Shown here one piece after another: positions 1 through 10,513 of a DNA stretch of 64,000 nucleotides. Under the pieces are notes generated by a model. That model saw only the letters and a program-made list of their open reading frames with translations, ran no database searches and was not told where the DNA came from. The position numbers were made by a program, and so were the translations under genes. The stretch comes from Nannocystales bacterium (GTDB lineage Bacteria > Myxococcota_A > Polyangia > Nannocystales > Nannocystaceae): the NCBI GenBank assembly GCA_050633305.1, contig JBOEGF010000036.1, positions 32,001 through 96,000 of the forward strand, in the 5' to 3' direction. Within the stretch, counting starts at the first letter, position 1; the number at the start of each line of letters is the position of its first letter.

Positions 1-154
1 GAAGGACCCGAAGAAGGCGAGCAAGCTCCCCGGCGGGGCGGGCGGGACGTCTCGCGGGGGTGCATCGAAGCGGCCGCGCCTCCTGCCCAAGGGCGGTGGC
101 AAGACCGCGGGCAAGAAGAAAAAACGAAAAAAGAAGAAGGCCAAGAAGAAGTAG
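1..154 (+). CDS. 3' end of an unknown protein with a Lys-rich C-terminal tail (partial)
   Basis: Frame 2 reads KDPKKASKLPGG...GKKKKRKKKKAKKK to TAG at 152-154; the start lies outside the window. Confidence 0.6.
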   Translation, partial: KDPKKASKLPGGAGGTSRGGASKRPRLLPKGGGKTAGKKKKRKKKKAKKK

Positions 155-221
155 CCGCAGCGGGATCCGAGGAGACCGGGCTGAGTCTCGCGGATCGGGG
201 GGCGAACCAGCGGCGGACAGC

Positions 222-245
222 GAATGCGACAGGGGTGTCACATTT
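222..245. promoter_or_regulatory. Imperfect palindrome GAATGCGA-N8-TCACATTT, candidate transcription-factor site
   Basis: Lies ~75 bp upstream of the 319 CDS; a near-identical palindrome occurs at 22300-22327. Confidence 0.4.
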
Positions 246-318
246 GGCGCGTACGAAACATGCAGTCCGGCGGGTCTTCCCGATACGGCGCGGGCTCCCG
301 TGGTACCTCCTGTGACAG

Positions 319-2121
319 ATGGCATGGGTCCGAGTCCAGAGGTCTGCAGCGGGGGTCATGGGCGCGGTCTTGCTGGGGTGCGCTCCAGAGGCCGGGCTTT
401 CTTCGGTGGGAACGACGGGGGCGGCTTCGACGGGGGCGGATGCGTCGACGAGCACCGGGGAAGCAACGACGGGCACGGCGGGTGCAGACGGCTCGTCGTC
501 GTCCTCGAGCACAGGCGCCGCATCGCTGTGTGGTGATGGGGTGCTCGATGAGGGGGAGGCGTGCGACGACGGGTCCGCCAACGCGCAGAACGCCGCGTGC
601 CTGCTCGATTGCACCGTCGCATCGTGCGGCGATGGAAACGTGCAGGAGGGGGTTGAGGCTTGTGACGATGGAAACGACGACGACACCGACGCGTGCACCT
701 CGGTGTGCGAGGCCGCGGCGTGCGGCGATGGATCGGTGCAAGGCGATGAAGAGTGCGACGACGGGCGGGACAACGGCGACTCCCGAGCTTGCAAGTCGGA
801 CTGCACCGCCGCGGTGTGCGGCGACGGCCTCATCTTGGCGGGCGAAGAGCAGTGCGACGACGCCAACGACGACAACAACGATGGGTGCAGCGAGCTGTGT
901 CTGTTCACAGATTGTGGGGATGGGTTCTGGAACCCGGAGATCAACGAGGTCTGTGACGATGGTCCGGGCACGCCTGGCGACGTGTGCAACGACGACTGCC
1001 TCACATGGGGGCAGTGGACCGAGACCTTCAACGGGAGTGGAGACTCCAACGACCTGATCTATGGGGTGGCATTCGACAGCGCTGGCAACCCCGTGGTCGC
1101 AGGCGTGACGCTGCCCGACAACGGCAACGGTGACGACATCTGGGTCCGCAAGTACGACGCAACGGGGGCGGAGTCCTGGACGCGGACGTTTCATGGCGTG
1201 ACCTCAGACCTGGGTTATGGGGTCGCGGTCGCGCCGAACGACGACGTGTTCGTGGTTGGTTCGGTCTTCACGCTGACCGACAACCGGGATATCTGGGTGC
1301 GGCGATACGCGTCCGATGGCACGCCCGGCTTCACGCGGACGCACAACGGGTCCGACGACGAGGCGGACGAGGGCCGCGGAATTGCCATCGATGCGGCGGG
1401 CAACCTCGGCGTCGTCGGCTACGTCACCCAATCCTCGGACACGGAGATCTTCGTCCGCAAGTACACGCCCGGGGGCGCAACGTTGTGGACCGTGGTCGAG
1501 TCGGGTCCGGCGGGCGGGGACGATGAGGGCCACGGGGTCGCGTTCGATGCCGCGGGCAACTTGGTCGCGACCGGGTTCGTCTCGACCGGTGGGGGCGCGG
1601 AAGACATCTGGGTTGCCAAGTACAACGCGTCGGGGACGGAACTGTGGGCTCGGACGCATGCGGGCTCGGGCGGGACCAACGACGCTGGGGAAGGGGTCGC
1701 GTTCGATGGCGGTGGCAATGTCGTGGTCGCAGGCTTTGAGGCCGTGGCCGGGGAGAGCGACAACGCCTGGATTCGCAAGTACGACCCGGACGGCACCGAG
1801 CTGTGGACGCAGACCTTCAATGGCCCCAGTGGCGGCCGAGATCGTGCACAGGCTGTCACGGTCGCGGCCGCCGACGAAATCGTCGTCGCGGGGTCGACGT
1901 TCGAGGACTCCCAGTCCGACAACATCTGGCTCCGCCGTTACGACGCGGACGGCAACGAGGTCTACCCGTGGGCGACCGAGTACAACTCTCCGGGGTTCCT
2001 CTCCGATGTCGCGCACGGGGTGGCGGTGGACGGCGATGGCAACGTCGCCGTGGGTGGATTCGAGACCCGTTCCGAGAACGGTGAGGCCCGGAACACCTGG
2101 TTGCGGTACGTGCTCCCATGA
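319..2121 (+). CDS. Secreted/lipoprotein with myxobacterial Cys-rich (DUF4215-type) repeats and a C-terminal beta-propeller (SBBP-like repeats)
   Basis: Lipobox-like LLGC; S/T-rich linker; repeated CGDG...EECDDG units; repeated DIWVRKYD...W..T..G..D.G.GVA.D..GN blades. Confidence 0.85.
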   Translation: MAWVRVQRSAAGVMGAVLLGCAPEAGLSSVGTTGAASTGADASTSTGEATTGTAGADGSSSSSSTGAASLCGDGVLDEGEACDDGSANAQNAACLLDCTVASCGDGNVQEGVEACDDGNDDDTDACTSVCEAAACGDGSVQGDEECDDGRDNGDSRACKSDCTAAVCGDGLILAGEEQCDDANDDNNDGCSELCLFTDCGDGFWNPEINEVCDDGPGTPGDVCNDDCLTWGQWTETFNGSGDSNDLIYGVAFDSAGNPVVAGVTLPDNGNGDDIWVRKYDATGAESWTRTFHGVTSDLGYGVAVAPNDDVFVVGSVFTLTDNRDIWVRRYASDGTPGFTRTHNGSDDEADEGRGIAIDAAGNLGVVGYVTQSSDTEIFVRKYTPGGATLWTVVESGPAGGDDEGHGVAFDAAGNLVATGFVSTGGGAEDIWVAKYNASGTELWARTHAGSGGTNDAGEGVAFDGGGNVVVAGFEAVAGESDNAWIRKYDPDGTELWTQTFNGPSGGRDRAQAVTVAAADEIVVAGSTFEDSQSDNIWLRRYDADGNEVYPWATEYNSPGFLSDVAHGVAVDGDGNVAVGGFETRSENGEARNTWLRYVLP

Positions 2122-2139
2122 ACACGTCTCCGGTCCACC

Positions 2140-2673
2140 GTGGGGAGTGCCCCCGCGCTCCTGAGGAGTTCGTCGGTGGCGCGTCTTCCCCGTGAAGCAC
2201 TCTCCCGCAACGGTGGGTGGCTGGTTCTCGTGCCGCTTGGCATCAGCCTGGCTCTGTGGAGCGCGCTGCCGCCGGCCTACGCGCCCGAAAACTTCGGCGC
2301 GGGCATCCCCACCTGGTTGAGCTTGTCGGAGAACGTGTTTCGCGTACTGGTGTTCGCGACGCCAGGGGCGCTTCTCGTCGGGGCATCGAGTCGGGTGCAG
2401 CGCCTCGGCTGGGGGCTGTACTCGATCGGCCTGGCCCTGTACCTGGCCAGCTACGTTCTGCTGGCGATTTGGCCCGACGGGGCGTGGGCGGGCAGCGCCC
2501 TTGGGTTCACGGCGCCGGCGTGGACCCCGGCGCTGTGGCTCATCGGTGTCGCGTTGATCTGCCAGGACTCCTGGGTGAACGCACGGTGGATCTGGTGGCT
2601 GTACCTCGGTCCCGTCGCCGCGTTCCTTGGGCTGCATGTGGGCCACGCGGCGCTCGTGTGGTCGGGGCTCTAG
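2140..2673 (+). CDS. Hypothetical integral membrane protein
   Basis: About five hydrophobic, Trp-rich segments; start codon uncertain. Confidence 0.7.
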   Translation: MGSAPALLRSSSVARLPREALSRNGGWLVLVPLGISLALWSALPPAYAPENFGAGIPTWLSLSENVFRVLVFATPGALLVGASSRVQRLGWGLYSIGLALYLASYVLLAIWPDGAWAGSALGFTAPAWTPALWLIGVALICQDSWVNARWIWWLYLGPVAAFLGLHVGHAALVWSGL

Positions 2674-2726
2674 CAGACGCATGGGGTGCTCGCGGTCTGG
2701 GCGCAACTTCGGCACACTCGAAGTCG

Positions 2727-3371
2727 ATGACGTCGACACAGCCGCCGCTGGACCGCGATGCGCTCGCGGAGCTGACCGAGTCGACCCTCGGGCACTACGA
2801 GGATCGGGCCGATGCGTTCTGGGAAGGCACCCGGGACCATGACGTGAGCCAGAATCGCGACGCGCTGCTCAGACATTTGCGAACCGAGGGCCCCGCACGG
2901 ATTCTCGACTTCGGCTGCGGTCCCGGCCGCGACCTCATGGCGTTCGCAGCCGCGGGACACGATCCCGTCGGACTGGACGGCGCGGCGCGCTTCTGCGAGA
3001 TGGCTCGGCGCCACTCTGGCTGCGAGGTGCTGCACCAAGATTTCCTGCAGCTCTCGCTGCCGGACGGCGGGTTCGACGGGGTGTTCGCCAACGCGTCGCT
3101 GTTTCATGTGCCCGCGCAGGAGCTGCCCCGGGTCCTCTCACAGTTGTGGGCGACGCTGCGGCCCGACGGCGTGCTGTTCGCCTCCAACCCGCGTGGGGAC
3201 AACCGAGAGGGGTTCAATGGGGCTCGCTACGGCAGCTACCACGATCATTCGCGATGGCAGGACTTGGTGACAGCCTGCGGCTTTGTCGAACTCGAGCACT
3301 ACTTCCGCCCGCCGGGTCGTCCGCGTGCTGAGCAGCCGTGGCTCGCCACCGTGTACCGCAAGCCCTGCTAG
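2727..3371 (+). CDS. Class I SAM-dependent methyltransferase
   Basis: ILDFGCGPGRD motif I; FDGVFANASLFHVP motif; ATG at 2727. Confidence 0.9.
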   Translation: MTSTQPPLDRDALAELTESTLGHYEDRADAFWEGTRDHDVSQNRDALLRHLRTEGPARILDFGCGPGRDLMAFAAAGHDPVGLDGAARFCEMARRHSGCEVLHQDFLQLSLPDGGFDGVFANASLFHVPAQELPRVLSQLWATLRPDGVLFASNPRGDNREGFNGARYGSYHDHSRWQDLVTACGFVELEHYFRPPGRPRAEQPWLATVYRKPC

Positions 3372-4009
3372 GCCGGGGGCGGGAAGAAGACGGGCTCGTC
3401 GCCGGGCTGCCATGGAGGCGACTTGTGCATGCAGCGAGCGAACAGCGCAGAGGCGCACCATGCTTCCAGCCAGCGGCGGGTGCTGGGGAAGGGAGCCTGC
3501 TGCCACTGGGCCCTGTCGACACCCGCGAACTGTCGGACGAACGGGAAGAGGGCCGCGTCGACGAGGCGCGGGGCGTCGCCCATTAGGTACCTCGCGTGGG
3601 TCAGACGGGCTTCGAGCTTGGCAATGTACGCGGAGGCGCGGTCTCGCTCCTGGCGAGGGTCGATGGAGTCGTCCCGCGACGCGTACTTGTAGCGATCGAG
3701 GTGGTGTTTGAACGGGCCGTCGTTGTCTCGCAACAATACGCGCGTCTCGTCCGGCGGGCTGTCGTTCCACGAGTCGGGGTCGCGGCACGCCAGCGCCCAC
3801 TGCATGACGTCGATGCTCTCGTCGAGGACGCGGTCGGGCAGGACCAGGACCGGCACGGTTCCCTTGGGCGATGCCTCGAGCATGGCCGCAGGCTTGTCTC
3901 GCAGAAGGATCTCTCGGAGCTCGCAACGGACGTTGGCCACGGCGAGCGCCAAGCGGGCCCGCATCGCGTACGGGCACCGACGGAAGCTGTACAGAATCGG
4001 AGTCGTCAT
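3368..4009 (-). CDS. Glutathione S-transferase family protein
   Basis: LYSFRRCPYAMRAR, SPKGTVPVL and ESIDVMQWAL motifs of the GST N-domain. Confidence 0.92.
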   Translation of the reverse strand: MTTPILYSFRRCPYAMRARLALAVANVRCELREILLRDKPAAMLEASPKGTVPVLVLPDRVLDESIDVMQWALACRDPDSWNDSPPDETRVLLRDNDGPFKHHLDRYKYASRDDSIDPRQERDRASAYIAKLEARLTHARYLMGDAPRLVDAALFPFVRQFAGVDRAQWQQAPFPSTRRWLEAWCASALFARCMHKSPPWQPGDEPVFFPPPA

Positions 4010-4036
4010 GCTCGCGTGGGAACCCGCTGGGCGTGG

Positions 4037-4492
4037 TCACTCGGGAATGTGTGTGCCATCGGGGCTGAAGTTGACCTCGCGCAGCATCAAGACCTGGCTG
4101 TCGCGAAAGCGGCTGACCTTCACCCGCACACGCGGAGCGCTCGCGCCGTCGACCGGCTTGACGACGACTCGGTGGGACTGGGGCTGGCGGGGCGGGACAA
4201 AGCCTGACCATTGGGCGACCCCGTCGACCACGAACATCTCGTCGACCGCGACGTCCAGCGCGAGCTTGTCCATCTCCTCGGTCCCGACGGCCACGAGCCG
4301 GAAGCTCAGTTCGGATTCGTTGCCGGGTCGGTCGAGCAGCGTCATCTCGACGTTGACGGTTCCGCTCTCGTCCGACGCTGTCCCGCTGCCGAGGTCGAGT
4401 GGCGAGGTGGACGGCTTGTCGCACCCACTCGCCAGGGTGAGCACCGCAAGCGCCAGCGCGGCGAACCGGGGAATGCGATGGGGCAGCAGCAC
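4037..4492 (-). CDS. Hypothetical lipoprotein
   Basis: Signal peptide ending LASGC; GTG start inferred. Confidence 0.65.
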   Translation of the reverse strand: MLLPHRIPRFAALALAVLTLASGCDKPSTSPLDLGSGTASDESGTVNVEMTLLDRPGNESELSFRLVAVGTEEMDKLALDVAVDEMFVVDGVAQWSGFVPPRQPQSHRVVVKPVDGASAPRVRVKVSRFRDSQVLMLREVNFSPDGTHIPE

Positions 4493-4557
4493 GTCGGCGA
4501 GTCTACCGTTTGTCGGGGAGGTTGGCTCTGCCCTGCCGAGCCAGCCGCCGCGCGACG

Positions 4558-5079
4558 CTATGGACCCGGTGGCCCCGCACGGACCACGGTGTCGAAGTAC
4601 GGGTTGTCGTGACCGTTGATTCGCAAGACCGATCGCAGCGGCACGTGCGTCGCAGGCTGACCGAGGTATTCGACGTCGACCATTCCTCCGGGCAGCAGCG
4701 TTGTCCGTGCCGCGGGCCAAAGGCCGAAGGTGACGTGTTCCACGATGGCCCCCTGCCGACCCACAGTCCTCGCGAGAGGTCCGTACAGCCGGGTCGTTTT
4801 GCGCAGGTCCTCCGCCGCGAGAAGTCCTGCTCGGGTTCGGCGCGCATCCACGGCGAAGAGCCACAGGGGCGCGCCCAACAGCGTGACCACAAACAGGCCG
4901 AGCGCGGCCTTGCCCGGTTGCGAGAAGTCGGTGGGCGTGGAGAGCAGGAATGCGGCCGTGGCAAGGTGGGTTGCGATGGCCAGGGCGATGCTGCGACGGA
5001 CCGCGAGTCGTGTTCGCTCCGCCCGTGTTCGGATTCGCCGCAGGTCGTGGTCGCGCAGTGGCTGCTCGGTTTGCGGCAT
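4558..5079 (-). CDS. Hypothetical membrane protein (two TM helices)
   Basis: MPQTEQ... followed by two hydrophobic segments and a soluble C-terminal part. Confidence 0.6.
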   Translation of the reverse strand: MPQTEQPLRDHDLRRIRTRAERTRLAVRRSIALAIATHLATAAFLLSTPTDFSQPGKAALGLFVVTLLGAPLWLFAVDARRTRAGLLAAEDLRKTTRLYGPLARTVGRQGAIVEHVTFGLWPAARTTLLPGGMVDVEYLGQPATHVPLRSVLRINGHDNPYFDTVVRAGPPGP

Positions 5080-5175
5080 CGGCCCGCGGTTAGAATAGGC
5101 CGTCTTGGCCCTGCGGGGACACGCTCCGACGCGGACGGCCGCGACAGGGCGGGAGCGGTGCTTTAGTCTGGGTCT

Positions 5176-5697
5176 GTGACCGAGGAGAAGACCGCGAGTC
5201 CGAGGTTCCGCGTGGGACGACTCGACCATGTGCACATTCGTGTCCCTGACCGGGCCAAAGCGGCCGCGTGGTACGCCGAGCACCTCGGTTTCGAGCCCGT
5301 CGAACGCTTCGACTTCTGGGCCACTGGGTTCGAAGGGGGACCCCTGCAGATCACTGCGGATGGTGGCAAGACGATGCTTGCGCTGTTCGAGGCGTCGCAG
5401 CGGCACCCGATGATCAGCCAGGAGACGGGGGTCGCCTTCAGCGTCGACGCGGAGATGTTCATGGTGTTCACCCGCGCGCTGCCTGGGGGCATCCGCGGAG
5501 CGTCAGGCGAACCGCTGGCCCCCGATGAGGTCATCGACTTCGATCTTTGTTGGGCGTTCGACTTCGCCGACCCGTGGGGCAACCGCTATGAACTCAACTG
5601 CTACGACTACGACCGGATCGCGACCGAGTTGATCGCCGCGGACGGCATCAGCCCGGTCCGGTACTGGCCACGCGGGCTGTACGAAGCGCAGCGCTGA
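5176..5697 (+). CDS. VOC/glyoxalase family protein
   Basis: LDHVHIRVPD..KAAAWY...LGF and FADPWGNRYEL motifs. Confidence 0.88.
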   Translation: MTEEKTASPRFRVGRLDHVHIRVPDRAKAAAWYAEHLGFEPVERFDFWATGFEGGPLQITADGGKTMLALFEASQRHPMISQETGVAFSVDAEMFMVFTRALPGGIRGASGEPLAPDEVIDFDLCWAFDFADPWGNRYELNCYDYDRIATELIAADGISPVRYWPRGLYEAQR

Positions 5698-5718
5698 CTC
5701 GGCTGCTCTGTGGGGTCG

Positions 5719-6429
5719 CTACCGTGTGTGGGGGAGGCGGTCCTGTTGGAGTCTCCACATGATCTTGGCCATCCGTTTCGGCGGAGGGCCGTCGGTGATG
5801 ATCAGCAGGCCCATGCGGCGTCCATCCTTGCGCCGGACTTCACACTGCAACAGCAGTTCGAGCGAGCCCAAGGCGATACGCAACGAGAGGTGGGCGCCGA
5901 CGGAGACCCGTTGGGCACGCAAGGCGTCCAACTCGACGAGGATTCCCGTGAGGCTGATGTCGATGGGGACGACGTTTCCGCGGACGCCATCGCCCTGGAC
6001 GACCGCAGCGACGAGCGTGTCGGGTGGCACGGGAACCCGAACCGCAGAGCGTCGGGTCGCTGCGGTGAGTTGCTCGGGAAGCGCGAGGGTCGCGAGCGTC
6101 TCCCCTTCGGGTGTCTTGTCGACTCCGATGACTTCCGAGGCGAACCCCTTCGTTCCACCGCCTGAGGGAAACGTCACCGCCGCGCTGCTTCCAAGCAGCG
6201 TGCCATCGGGTGGGTTCGGGAGCTCGACGACCACGCCGTCGCTGGAGGCCGAACGAAAACGACCGGTACACGACAGGGACATGTGGGCTGCCATCAACGC
6301 GACGGGTGTCTTCGAGAGGCAGGCGACCTGCAGGACGGGTAACACCACGGACCGGAGGGCGTCGTCGGGCCCAGGGGTCGCGGCGGGGGAGGGGGCGTCC
6401 TTCTCGGGTGTGCCTTCTTCGGCGCTCAT
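5719..6429 (-). CDS. PilZ-domain (YcgR-like) c-di-GMP receptor
   Basis: RRSAVR (RxxxR) and DISLTG (DxSxxG) PilZ motifs after an N-terminal beta domain. Confidence 0.8.
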   Translation of the reverse strand: MSAEEGTPEKDAPSPAATPGPDDALRSVVLPVLQVACLSKTPVALMAAHMSLSCTGRFRSASSDGVVVELPNPPDGTLLGSSAAVTFPSGGGTKGFASEVIGVDKTPEGETLATLALPEQLTAATRRSAVRVPVPPDTLVAAVVQGDGVRGNVVPIDISLTGILVELDALRAQRVSVGAHLSLRIALGSLELLLQCEVRRKDGRRMGLLIITDGPPPKRMAKIMWRLQQDRLPHTR

Positions 6430-6604
6430 ACGCTTGGGTGCTCCAGCGTATCGCGAACGCGGGGGCCCTGCGTTGACGTTCTCTTTCCAACGTCCGGACC
6501 CGGAGCGGAACCGCACCATGCGGCCCAGATCTCGAGCGGGATGGGACCGGATGCAGCTCCTGCACAAAGCGCCCCATCTCCGGTCCATGTCGCTAAGGTC
6601 AGGC

Positions 6605-7237
6605 ATGGCTTCGCCCCTGCGATCCCCAACGGTTGTGTTGAGAACGCCCTTTCACCTTGCCGTGTCGCTCTTGGCGTGCGCATGCGCCACAGCCAAGCCC
6701 GCCGCGCCCCCTCGGCACGTCGCCCACGGTCACGCCATCGCCACGATCGAGCGGGACGAAGGGGAGCCGGAGATGATGCTCGAGCGCGTTGAGGACGAAG
6801 ACACACACTGGGTCGAGCTGCCGCACTTCGGCGAGTGCCCCTACGAGGACGGTGAGGTCCCGCCGTACACGCCCGTCGACGACTCGGACATCCCCAGTCT
6901 GGATGCCAAACGCACCCGCCTGACCAACATGGACGCTGGAGAGGCCACCATCCACAACGAGGCGCTGCTCCAGCATCTCGATCGCGCCACCGCGGAGGTG
7001 CTGGCATGTGTGAGCGTGTCCGCGTGTTACGACGACCGGGCGCTGGAGCCGGGCTCGATCGAGCTGAGCTTCGAGGTGGCACCGGATGGTCAGGTGCGGG
7101 GCGTGAATGTCGAGCCCACCGCTGGGTTGGATCACACGGGGATCCGTCCTTGCGCGCGTCGAGCGATCTGGGACACGACGTTCCCGGCGTTCGACGGCGC
7201 GGACATGGTGGTCAGCTACAGCCTCGATATCGACTGA
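6605..7237 (+). CDS. Lipoprotein with AgmX/PglI (TonB-C-like) C-terminal domain
   Basis: LLACAC lipobox; C-terminal GSIELSFEVAPDGQV...C.......FPAF.G.DMVVSY. Confidence 0.7.
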   Translation: MASPLRSPTVVLRTPFHLAVSLLACACATAKPAAPPRHVAHGHAIATIERDEGEPEMMLERVEDEDTHWVELPHFGECPYEDGEVPPYTPVDDSDIPSLDAKRTRLTNMDAGEATIHNEALLQHLDRATAEVLACVSVSACYDDRALEPGSIELSFEVAPDGQVRGVNVEPTAGLDHTGIRPCARRAIWDTTFPAFDGADMVVSYSLDID

Positions 7238-7362
7238 GGACCTCCAAAGCGCTGTTCTTGGGGGTCCTCGGCCCCTTGGCGCTCGCCCTTGGCCAATCGT
7301 CTCTCGTCGACGACACTGTCGGCGCGTCCAGGGTCCAGGCGACCCAGAGCGCCCAAGAAGTC

Positions 7363-9123
7363 ATGCAGCACTACACCGCGCCCATCGACGACATGATGTT
7401 TCAGCTCGCCGCCTTCGGTTACGAAGCCGTGGCGAAACTCGACCGGTTCGAGGCTTTCGATTTCGAGACCGCTCGGATGTTCCTCGAGCAGACAGGCACG
7501 CTCGCCTCAGAGATTCTGCTTCCCTCGAACCGAACCGGGGACACAGAAGGGACCAAATGGGATCCCAAGACCGGGGCGGTGACGATCGCGAGCGGATACG
7601 AAGCGGGACACCAGGCCCTGGCCGAGAACGGCTTCTACGGCCTGACCGCGGACGTCGAGCATGGTGGCGGTGGCGCACCGATCTCGTTGGGGACGCTGGC
7701 CAAGGAGATGCTGATGTCGGGGAACAAGTCCCTGTCGATGTGCCCGGGCCTGACCAACGGTCTCATCGAGGCGCTCGAGGCGTTCGGCTCGGACGAGCAA
7801 AAAGAGATGTATCTCCCCAAGCTCGCCGCGGGCGAGTGGACCGGGACGATGTGTCTGACCGAGGCGCACAGCGGGACGGACCTCGGTCTGTTGGGCACCA
7901 AGGCCGAAGCGTTCGAGGATCACTTCAAGCTGTCCGGGTCGAAGATCTGGATCACCTGGGGCGAGCACGAGCTCTCCGAGAACATCATCCACCTGGTGCT
8001 CGCCCGTCTGCCCGGCGCCCCTGCGGGCATCAAGGGCATCAGCACCTTCATCGTGCCGAAGTTCCTGGCCGACGGGAGTCGCAACGGCATCTCGTGCGCC
8101 GGTCTCGAGCACAAGATGGGCATCCACGGCTCCCCTACCTGCGTCATGGCGCTGGAGGAGGCCGAGGGCTGGTTGGTCGGTGAGCCCCACAAGGGCATGC
8201 GCACGATGTTCATCATGATGAACGCCGCTCGCCTCTTCACCGGGGTCGAGGGCATCTCGCTGGGCGAGATCGCGTACCAAGCCGCACTCGACTTCGCCAA
8301 GGAGCGCCGTCAGAGCCGTGCCATGGCGATGGGCAAGCGCGAGGCGGGTCAGGCCGCCGACACCATCCTCGTGCACCCTGACGTGCGCCGGATGCTGCTG
8401 GACGTCAAGTCCACCACCGAGGCCCTGCGAGGCCTGTCGGTGTTCATCTCCGCCAACATCGACATCTCCACCGACCACCCCGACGAAGCCACCCGTCAAG
8501 AGTCGGACGACCTGGTCGCGCTCATGATTCCGATCATGAAGGCGTACGGCACCGAGCGCGGCTTCAAGAACGTGTCCGACTGCATGCAGGTGTGTGGCGG
8601 CATGGGCTACACGGTCGACGGCGAGATCGAGCAGTACCTCCGAGACCTTCGCATCGCGATGATCTACGAGGGCACCAACCACATCCAAGCGCTGGACTTG
8701 GTTGGGCGCAAACTCGGCCTGAGCAATGGCCGGCTGTACCAGGTGTTTGGCAAGCGGGTCCGCGCGGCCATCGACACCGCCAAGGCCAACGAGGCCACCG
8801 CGCCCTTCGCGACCAAGCTCGGGGAGACGCTGTCGGCCCTGGATGCGGCCACGATGGCACTGGGCAAGCGGGCCTCTGACGACCCGGAGGTCATGGGGGC
8901 GTCGGCCTCGACCTACCTCAGCGCATTTGGCCTGGTGGTCTGCGGGTTCTCGCTGCTCACGCAGGCCAACCACGCCGTGACCGCAAAGACCGACAACCAG
9001 CGGTCCAAGCTCGGGGTCACGCGTCACTTCTTCGACCGGGTACTCCCCGAGATCGAGGGACACTTCGCACTGCTGGGTGCGAACCACGAGTCGATCACCC
9101 AGTTCGACGACGCGGATTTCTAG
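7363..9123 (+). CDS. Acyl-CoA dehydrogenase (long, FadE5/DmdC-like)
   Basis: GTMCLTEAHSGTDLG, GSKIWIT, LEHKMGIHGSPTC, IYEGTNHIQALDL motifs. Confidence 0.95.
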   Translation: MQHYTAPIDDMMFQLAAFGYEAVAKLDRFEAFDFETARMFLEQTGTLASEILLPSNRTGDTEGTKWDPKTGAVTIASGYEAGHQALAENGFYGLTADVEHGGGGAPISLGTLAKEMLMSGNKSLSMCPGLTNGLIEALEAFGSDEQKEMYLPKLAAGEWTGTMCLTEAHSGTDLGLLGTKAEAFEDHFKLSGSKIWITWGEHELSENIIHLVLARLPGAPAGIKGISTFIVPKFLADGSRNGISCAGLEHKMGIHGSPTCVMALEEAEGWLVGEPHKGMRTMFIMMNAARLFTGVEGISLGEIAYQAALDFAKERRQSRAMAMGKREAGQAADTILVHPDVRRMLLDVKSTTEALRGLSVFISANIDISTDHPDEATRQESDDLVALMIPIMKAYGTERGFKNVSDCMQVCGGMGYTVDGEIEQYLRDLRIAMIYEGTNHIQALDLVGRKLGLSNGRLYQVFGKRVRAAIDTAKANEATAPFATKLGETLSALDAATMALGKRASDDPEVMGASASTYLSAFGLVVCGFSLLTQANHAVTAKTDNQRSKLGVTRHFFDRVLPEIEGHFALLGANHESITQFDDADF

Positions 9124-9188
9124 AACGCCGCTGAGGCCAGGCTCCCTCTGTCACCGATCGACGAGGGGGCCAGGCCGACGACGAGCTG

Positions 9189-10076
9189 CTAAAAGAACTC
9201 GTCGCGTCGGGCTTGGAGTTCGCGAGCTTTCTGTTGCTCCACCCGGTTCTCGGCGGCGATTCTTGGAATCGCATCTGCATCGGCTTTGAGAACCTCGTCG
9301 AGCAGTCGGTCAAACGTCGCTTCGTCCTGGGTCTTCACCGCGAGCTCGGCTGCCCACAGGACTCTCGTGGAAAGGACATCAGGCGAGATCTCGAGCGCCG
9401 CCTCGAAATGCTCGCGCGATTTGTCGAGGTCGCCCCCGGCAATCGCGGGCGCGACTGCGTAGAACACTCCGAAGTAGGTGTGCGGTGCGCCTCCCAGGAA
9501 TGTGGGGTCGAGCGTCAGGACTCGCTCCATCGTGACCTTGATGTTGTCTTTGTGCCGCAGCATCACCGCGAACCCCTGCTTCTTGGCCCACTTCCCCAGT
9601 GCGGTCGCGTACCAGAACATCGCGGGGACGCCCTGTTCCCCGACTTGCGCGACCGCATCGGGGTACTTCGCGTCCGCTGCCATTGCCGCCGCGAACTCTG
9701 GCGATGACGCCACCATGGCTTGCTCGCCCCAGTGCAGCCCAGCTTCGAGGGCGTCGAGGTATGCGTCCTCGTCGTGGCGAAGGTACCCGTCGGCGAGGAA
9801 GTAGTACGCGTGGGTCAGCTTCACCAGCACCTCGGCATGGCTGGGTTCGGTCGCGACCACACCCTCCCAATGGGCGATGGCCTCCCGGACGTTCTGGGGG
9901 TCGGTTCGTTCTGCCCAACGCGCATCGCCAAGCGCCACCGGATCCACCGGGTTGGCTTCGGGCTCGGCGGGCTGCGTGACCGGCTCGGGCGGGGACTCGA
10001 TACGCCATTCCGGCTGACGACCCGCACATGCGACGAGGGCAAGGCTCAAGACGAGGAGGGGGAAGGCGCGTGTCAT
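9189..10076 (-). CDS. TRAP transporter TatT-family TPR lipoprotein
   Basis: LVAC lipobox; LDPTFLGGAPH...PAIAGGDLDKSREHFEAALEI...ENRVEQQKA signature. Confidence 0.8.
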   Translation of the reverse strand: MTRAFPLLVLSLALVACAGRQPEWRIESPPEPVTQPAEPEANPVDPVALGDARWAERTDPQNVREAIAHWEGVVATEPSHAEVLVKLTHAYYFLADGYLRHDEDAYLDALEAGLHWGEQAMVASSPEFAAAMAADAKYPDAVAQVGEQGVPAMFWYATALGKWAKKQGFAVMLRHKDNIKVTMERVLTLDPTFLGGAPHTYFGVFYAVAPAIAGGDLDKSREHFEAALEISPDVLSTRVLWAAELAVKTQDEATFDRLLDEVLKADADAIPRIAAENRVEQQKARELQARRDEFF

Positions 10077-10139
10077 CGAAACTCCTGACTCGATGCTATC
10101 GGTTGCGTGCGTCCTGCGCGGGTCTAAACTGGGAGAGCC

Positions 10140-10430
10140 ATGCGACCGTTTCGGATCTCGCTCGGAGCCGCCGTTGGCCTCGTGCTCGCGCTCCTTGCGA
10201 CCGGGTGCGGTGCGCAAGACTGCGGGTGCGGTGCGAGCCCCGACGACGCGTTCGCCGAACATGACTTGTCGTACCCCGGCGAGCACGACCTTACCAACGA
10301 GTGCGCCTGCCGATGCGCGGACGGTCCCGTGCAGCCAATCCCCCTGGATGACGAAGGGGGCTGTGAGTACGCGGGCGCCGAGTGTATCGATGACGAGGGG
10401 TACCCCGCCGAACTCGTGTGCTCGGGCTAG
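10140..10430 (+). CDS. Small Cys-rich lipoprotein
   Basis: LATGC lipobox; nine Cys in 96 aa. Confidence 0.65.
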   Translation: MRPFRISLGAAVGLVLALLATGCGAQDCGCGASPDDAFAEHDLSYPGEHDLTNECACRCADGPVQPIPLDDEGGCEYAGAECIDDEGYPAELVCSG

Positions 10431-10513
10431 GGGCCGCCCGCGCTGGTACCGGGTTCCCTCGGTCGCATCTCGGGCGCGTAGGAGCGCGCCCAGGGGTGAG
10501 GTAGCCTTTCGGG

